From the NCBI GenBank assembly GCA_964016885.1, contig OZ024742.1, positions 111,972,001 to 112,036,000 on the forward strand: DNA of 64,000 nt. The letters run 5' to 3'. The notes beneath the pieces are model-generated. The model had not been told where the DNA came from. It was given only the letters and a program-made list of their open reading frames with translations, and searched no databases. Below are positions 56,732 through 64,000 of this stretch, piece by piece. The position numbers and the translations under genes were made by a program. Numbering within the stretch: position 1 is the first letter of the stretch; each line of letters begins with the position of its first letter. The stretch is from Eledone cirrhosa. Lineage: Eukaryota.

Positions 56732-57763
56732 ATGTATTCAAACATTTTCGATAAAAATCATACGAATACAGAGTCGATGCTGGCCATCACCTATATGAAC
56801 CAGCTAGAATGCCGAGCCCTCTACACCTGCCATTCCCATACCTTCTTCACCCGATATGTAGATGACATACTCATCCTTACATCATCCCGTGAGGAGGCAG
56901 ATAAAATATACACAACATTCCCCAACATGGACGCCAGTATAAAGTTCAGCATGGAACACCCCGATGACCGCGGATCCCTATCCCTACTGGACTTCCAACT
57001 CAGAGTAACAGAAGAAGGCAACATCCCCACCTGTTTCTATGAAAAAGCGGCCAGCAGGAACTTGTTCGTACATTTCAGATCGGCCCTCCCAGCCGGTGCT
57101 AAATTCGGATACATAAGGAACGAACTAACACGTATCCGGAACAAATGCACAGACGCTAGAGACCGAGACACACACACCACACATTTCCTGGAAGTACTCA
57201 AACTGAACGGATATACCACATCCACCACAAACTGTGCCAGGAAGAACAGAGGACACCACACACGAGGCACTAACACTTGCTTCCTGAAGCTCCCACACAT
57301 CAGTGACGAAACAACAACAGCCATCCGCAGAGCTATCAGACGAGAGGGACTAGATATCCAACTGGCCCACTCACGTCCTTCTCTACACGGACAGCTAACC
57401 AGAAGACACCCCATCAGACATGACAACTGCTGCAGGCTAGCTAACTGCCCCATCAACGATACAGACCTATGCCACCAGGCTTACGTCGTATACAAACTAG
57501 GGTGTGGCAAATGCAGCAACTTCTACGTAGGTAGCACCACCAGACCACTCCACATAAGAATAAAAGAACACCTCAATACTAACGCTTCCTCATTTAAGAA
57601 ACACCTAGTTATGTGCAAAAACACCGGCAAAACCATAACAGTTAGAATAGAAACTAAGGAAAGAAACCTCGGCAATCTTAGAATTAAGGAAGCACTAATT
57701 ATAGACAAAACACACCCACCAATCAATAATAGACTAGAATTCAACACCCAATTTATAATTTGA
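56732..57763 (+). CDS. Partial PLE RT (C-terminal half) plus GIY-YIG endonuclease
   Basis: RYVDDIL, KFSME, LLDF, YEK..SRNLFVHF.SA.P, LNGY, CP..LC...VVYKLGCGKCSNFYVGSTTRPLHIRIKEH, LRIKEALII..P.INNR. The first about 15 residues come from an unrelated flank. Confidence 0.9.
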   Translation: MYSNIFDKNHTNTESMLAITYMNQLECRALYTCHSHTFFTRYVDDILILTSSREEADKIYTTFPNMDASIKFSMEHPDDRGSLSLLDFQLRVTEEGNIPTCFYEKAASRNLFVHFRSALPAGAKFGYIRNELTRIRNKCTDARDRDTHTTHFLEVLKLNGYTTSTTNCARKNRGHHTRGTNTCFLKLPHISDETTTAIRRAIRREGLDIQLAHSRPSLHGQLTRRHPIRHDNCCRLANCPINDTDLCHQAYVVYKLGCGKCSNFYVGSTTRPLHIRIKEHLNTNASSFKKHLVMCKNTGKTITVRIETKERNLGNLRIKEALIIDKTHPPINNRLEFNTQFII

Positions 57764-58329
57764 TAGAGCTTCTAGCCCCATATTTACACATACCCCACAC
57801 GCACCCACGTACACACACGCACACACACACGCACGCACACACGCACGCTTACACCTCCACTTATTCTCTCTCACACACACACATACACACACAAAGACCA
57901 GTTCTAACACGAGATAAAATCTATCCCCCACATTTACATATAGACATATCTTCTCACACTCACATACACACACTCACATACTTAGACCTTCATGCATTGT
58001 CCCACACACTTAAACAGGCATGTAAAAAAAAAACCTTTTAAAAGGAGACTACTCTTTATCCACCTAACCTTAACTCTTTGACATTAGAGATAGAACAGAC
58101 ACTCTATACCATTTCCTGTCAGCATGACTTGGCAAGCTATTTAAAACACTGGTTAACTGCTTTACTTCCCTCCGGAGAAGAGATATTATCTCGAAAATTA
58201 AGGACATTTAAATAAATCTAAGGTAAAAGACTAATTGTCAACAATATATTTTGTATTTGCATTCTTTATTCTATATCTATACCTGCATTGTTTTGGATTC
58301 ATTATACATATACAAACGTTTATATATAT

Positions 58330-58410
<81 letters not shown>

Positions 58411-58441
58411 GATATTTATTATATATATATATATATATCTA

Positions 58442-58497
<56 letters not shown>

Positions 58498-59031
58498 CAC
58501 TTGAAGCATGGTGTAATGAGGTATAAACGTTTGTATATGTATAATAAAGCTAAAACAATGCAGGTATGGACATAGAATAAAGAATGCAAATGCAAAAGAT
58601 ATTGTTGACAATTAGTCTTTTACCTTAGATTTATTTAAATGTCCTTAATTTTCGAGATTGGGTGTTGAGTTCTAGTCTATTATTGATTAGTGGTTGTTTT
58701 TTGTCTATAATTAGTGCTTCCTTAATTCTAAGAATGCCGAGGTAGCAGCACCAGTCCACTCCGCATAAGAATAAAAGAACACCTCAATACTAACGCTTCG
58801 TCATATAAGAAACACCTAGTTAAATGCAAAAACCCCGACTAAACCATAACAGTTAGGATAGAAACTAAGGAAAGAAACCTCGGCAATCTTAGAATTAAGG
58901 AAGCACTAATTATAGACAAAACGCAACCACTAATCAATAATAGACTAGAACTCAACACCCAATTTATAACTTTATAGAGCATCTAGCCCAATATTTACAC
59001 CACCGACTCCAACACACACTCACGCACACAT

Positions 59032-59062
<31 letters not shown>

Positions 59063-59552
59063 TACGCTTACCCCTCCACATATTCTCTCTCACACACACA
59101 CATAAACACACAAAGACTAGTTCTAACACGAGATAACATATATCCCCCACATTTACGTATATACATATCTTCTCACACTCACACACATACACACACATAC
59201 TTACACCTTCGTTCATTGTCCCACACACTTAAACAGGCATGTACAAGAAAAAAAACAAAGAAAAAAACCTTTTAAAGGGAGACTACTCTTTATCCACCTC
59301 ACCTTAACTCTTTGATATTAGAGATAGAAAAGATACTCTATACCATTTCCTGTCAGCATGACTTGGCAAGCTATTTAGAACACTGGTTTAACCGCTTTTC
59401 TTCCCTCCGAAGAAGATATATTATCTCGAAAATTAAGGAAATTTAAATAAATCTAAGGTAAAAGACTAATTGTCAACAATATCTTTTGTATTTGAATTCT
59501 TTATTCTATGTCCATACCTGCATTATTTTGGGTTTATTATACATATAGACAC

Positions 59553-59555
<3 letters not shown>
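56775..59555 (+). mobile_element. 5'-truncated Penelope/Poseidon-like element (family C) with tandem and inverted partial duplications
   Basis: 57532-58325 is repeated at 58744-59555; 58523-58743 is inverted relative to 58190-58322 and 57666-57750. Degenerate HHR-like motifs at 58168-58204 and 59402-59439 (CCG(G/A)AGA..tatctc GAAA atTA agg). Confidence 0.88.
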
Positions 59556-59596
<41 letters not shown>

Positions 59597-59597
59597 A

Positions 59598-59634
<37 letters not shown>

Positions 59635-59684
59635 TATATATATATTATATATATATATATTATATATATATTATATATATATAT

Positions 59685-59750
<66 letters not shown>

Positions 59751-59893
59751 TATATATATATATATCATATATATATATTATGTATATATGATATATATAT
59801 ATATTATATATATATTATATATATATGATATATATATATATATATATACTATATATATATGATATATATATATATATATACTATATATATATG

Positions 59894-59966
<73 letters not shown>

Positions 59967-60094
59967 AACATACATATATATATATATATATACATACATA
60001 TATATATATACATATATATATATACATATATATATATACATACATATATATATATATACTATATATATATATATATATATATATACTATATATA

Positions 60095-60134
<40 letters not shown>

Positions 60135-60211
60135 TATATATATATATATACTATATATATATATATATATATACTATATATATATATATACTATATATAT
60201 ATATATATATA

Positions 60212-60285
<74 letters not shown>
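59556..60285. repeat. Degenerate (TA)n microsatellite (similar tract at 56310-56646)
   Basis: Direct observation. Confidence 0.95.
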
Positions 60286-60287
<2 letters not shown>

Positions 60288-60289
60288 CG

Positions 60290-63200
60290 GCGATGAATTA
60301 GTTTAGCGAGGTTTTTTATATGAAACCGTGTGTCGAAACAAATATTGTTATACTTGGGGAGGGTCATATTTGTGTAATATTGCCAGAATTAATAACAGAA
60401 CACACTCACTGTTTGGTTGGTTTTCGCTTCTCGCTGTCTTTTATATCTGCGGTCTAACTTAATCGGTCCTCAATGTTGCCATTGACTGACCGACGGTCAA
60501 AAATGATTCAGCTACAATATAGACACAAACACATATATATAGTTTACATAATTTACATAAATCTTTCGTTGCACATCTGCAACATCGTCAGTGGTGTTAT
60601 ATTTTTTCCTCCTGTTGTGTTGTATGTCTACGCCATTTTTTATTCAGTCTGTCTATATATTTATTTATTTATTTGCTTGTTTGTTTATTTTATTTTATCT
60701 TCTTTGCTCATGCGTTTGCGTGTGTGTATAGTGTTACGTTTGCTGTGTGACTAGTGTGTATAGTGTTGTGTCTGCTGGTTGACTAGTGTGTGTTTATGTG
60801 CTTGTTGTTATTGTGCTTGTGTATGTATTTATTTATCTTATTTTATTTTATTTTATTTACTTATTTATACTTCTCTTAGGTCAGTGTTGTTTGTTTGGGT
60901 GTTGTTGTTGTTCCACTCATTCTTTCTGTTTAACTTTGGTCTTCTAATTTCTATTTCACTGGCCTCTCTGATTTGCCTATCTGCTGGGTCATTCCTATGT
61001 TTAGATATTATTATAATTTCTATGTTGTCTATGTTACCATCATGTTGTTGTCTAGCATGTTCGTATAGTACTGACCCGTTTTTTCGTCCTTTTAGTTCCC
61101 CCCAGTGTTGGTCTATCCTTTCACCTATGCTACGAGCTGTTTCGCCTATGTATGTTGTTGTCATATTTCTGCAAGTACCCTCTGTACATCTTATGCTATA
61201 GACTACGTTTCTAGTTTTACAGTTTATCCGGGGGTTCACCTTACATATGATACATTTCCTATTGGTACAGTGGGTTTTCTGAAAGGGGTAGGTTTTGCTG
61301 ATCAGGGATTTTATGGTGGTTCCTGGCTTTTCTACCACCTTTATTTTTAAGTGGGTCTTTCTCAGGGCCTTTCTACACTGGTTAGCTAATTTCCCTCCAG
61401 GGGTGGCGTCCACAAACATGACACTCTGATATCTCTGGTTGTCGTACCATGATGTGGTCTTCCCTATCTTATGTCTAGCCCTATCTAAGCTATTCCATGA
61501 TTTGCTCCTGTATAATGGGCAAAATCCTTTCATGTCCAGTTCTATGAGGGTCTTATACTTTTCCATGGCTCCTTCGTATACTCTGACTCTGTCTCTTTGG
61601 TTGTAGCCAGAGAACTGCATGCGGTTGATGAAGTGTTGGATGTGTCTTTCCATTTCTGTTGGGTCGCTCATGCTGGACACATTCTTCATCACTCGTACCA
61701 AATCTGCGATCAGAATATTAAACTTAGCACTACTGGACATTGCTGAGTTTTTGAGTATCAGGTATTTAGAGGCCATGGGTTTAGCATAGTGTGGGTGGAG
61801 AATTTGGGCTCACTCGTCTATAGTGTTAATCCAGAGTTCTGTGTCTAATACAGGTAGTCTATTGTTAGGGTGTTTGGAAGAGAAGTCGATAGTTACAGTT
61901 ATACTCTGGTGTATGGAATTAGCTATCTGCTGGATGCTTTCCATCGTGCTACGTTCTAATTCAAACTTGTTAGTGCTCTCTAGTGGGGGTGCTCTTATAA
62001 CTATATTGATATCGTCTACATAACGAGAGTACATGATGAGGTCTATGGAGCTTTCATTAAGGAGATATTTAAGTCTCCTTTCCCACCATACCATGAAAAG
62101 GTTGGCAACATCACCAGCTATGCTGACGCCGATGGCTGCTCCCTCATTTTGGGTGTAGATTTTCTCATTGAACTTAAATATGTGGCCTTTTAGGTTAGTT
62201 TTGATACTAGCCCCTATTGCATGTGCGACCATTTTTCTTACCTGATCATTGTTTTGGGGGGTCCGTATAGCTTTGGTTCACCCAATCCACCTTCCCATGG
62301 GAGTCTTTTTTGCCATTGAGGTTATGGTGGACGGTCTACCTCTTATGGGTCTACTAGGGCAGAAACATCTAAGGTCATGGCTGTCTAGGTATTCAGTGTC
62401 GTGTCATAGGTAAGTCTAAGTAGGAGGCCCAGTTCGTCTGTGTCGACGTCGCAGAACTCCACCTCACTCTCGATGATCATCTCCACACATCTTTTCACAG
62501 CAAAATCAATGTTAATGGATGGGTACAGTGACAGCACATCCATGCTGCCTATTATGCAGTTGGATAGGCTACTGTTTTTGTTGCACTCACTGATTCTGCT
62601 GAGGAGGTCCTCTGTACTTTCAAATACATCTGGGGACATCTTGACTATGGGGCGTATAACCATCGAGAGGAAGTAGGAGATCCTGTAGTTGCTAGCTATA
62701 TTAGCTCCGCATATGGGTCTTGTTGGTGGTCCTGTTGTCGGGTCGTCGACTGTCTTGTGGTCTTTGCGGAGCCCATACAAGGGTGGTATGCCATTGTTAG
62801 ACCCCTGGAAGTTGTTGGCAGTGCGTCTGCTTGGCTTTAGGATGTCAGTCCACATCATCATGTGAGCGTTGAGGATTTTTTCTCTCCCATCGTGTGTTTG
62901 TTGTTCAACTTCGCTCGTGTTGGTGATGTGGGGTTGCATAGCCTCGATGTAGTTCGGCATGCTATCTATTGACATCCTACCAGACTTATCTGTGGGTAGA
63001 CACACTACCTCACCATCCCTTGTGCGCTGCTTGAGGCTAACCAAGCCTTCTACAGGTTTCCTCCCAAGTTGTTGGGCCTCTGGTCTGCTCTGTCTCTTAG
63101 TATACCTGTCTACTACTTGTCTAATCTTATTTCTAGCTATGGTGAACTGTGCCTCTGTCTCGTCATCTATTTGCTGTGGTATGCAAACTCTTTTATTAAA

Positions 63201-64000
63201 GGGTAACCTCGTAGGATAGATATTACCCATCTTATATGTTTTGTCAGCTGGGTTGAAAAATAGTTTCTCTAAGGGGTTGTCATTATATCTATCGTCATAG
63301 TTGTGTGTGTGTGTGTTGCTATTTTGTTATCCGGGTGGTTGTTGTTGTTTCTATCATTAGCATTATTATTATTGTTATGATTGCTAGATGTATTGTTGTT
63401 TACTTCACCGTTATTGTTGTTGTTGTTACTGTTATTTCTACCATTGTGGTTGTTACTATTATTATGTTTCTTGTTTTTGTTGATGTTGCTACATGTACTA
63501 TTTCCATTATTACCACTGTGGTTATTGTTGTTGTTGTTCGTATTGTTACTGTTATTACTACTGTGGTCGCTGTTGCTGTGTCTGTGGTTAATGTTTCTAT
63601 TATTATTATTATTGTGGTTGTTGTTGTTCTGTCTATTGCTAGTATTATTACCATTATCACTATTTCTCACTTTCCTGCCATTGTTATGGTTATGGCTGTT
63701 CTTTCTATACCCAGAGTTATTGTTTATATTACTACTACCGTTATTATTGTTGTTGTTGTTTACCTTTGCATTCCAACGTATTTTTGTGAAACACTTTTCC
63801 AGCTCCATTTTGCACTCCATAGGGTTAATCTTTTTTGTAGATGGCAAATTTTGGTGGTAACCGTAGGATTTGTTGTTCTTGTTCACTGATTAAAGTGTTC
63901 CCATAGATATTTATTGTGTGGTCATTGGTAAATTCTTCCGGTAAATTTACATCAGTCATACGGATATTGTCGATGTTATCTGGGTATTTTTGAGAATATT
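60290..64000 (-). mobile_element. Frameshifted Penelope-like element (family D) running off the window end
   Basis: ORFs 63886-63269, 63230-62385, 62232-61810 and 61776-60865: TDKSGR, PPLYGLRKDHK, PTRPICGA, GSMDVLSLYPSI, Q.EGAAIG, RYVDD, LPVLD, C...C..C, VVYSIRC..YIGETAR, RQIREA, LNRKNEW. Confidence 0.92.
60555..60596 (-). ncRNA. Minimal HHR-like motif in family D pLTR
   Basis: cacca CTGACGA t gttgca gatg tgcaac GAAA gatt TA tgt. 6-bp stem II, near-palindrome AGATTT; stem I short. Confidence 0.6.

Overview
AT-rich, repeat-saturated eukaryotic DNA with no host protein-coding gene that I can support. The abundant tRNA-derived SINE and the very long (TA)n/(CA)n tracts suggest a cephalopod (Octopus-like) genome; this is an inference. 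The window is dominated by Penelope-like retroelements (PLEs; RT plus C-terminal GIY-YIG). There is one near-complete 1151-aa copy with pseudo-LTRs, several frameshifted or truncated copies of other families, and solo or inverted pseudo-LTRs. Also present: fragments of L1/Tx1-, CR1-, RTE- and R4/NeSL-like LINEs, a mariner relic, a probable Chapaev3 end, non-autonomous Helitron-like pieces and about 13 SINE copies. Reading both strands gives about 20 type I hammerhead ribozyme (HHR)-like motifs, mostly minimal ones with a palindromic helix III. The most notable feature is two non-coding tandem-repeat families (about 476-bp units at 35256-37035; 377/400-bp units at 11081-11584 and 24957-25480). 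Their units carry an HHR (core deleted at the 24957 locus) and share an octamer-containing motif, so they look like a retrozyme / self-cleaving-satellite system. Most ORFs in the supplied track are microsatellite artefacts. All folds were done by eye; coordinates of degenerate elements are approximate.
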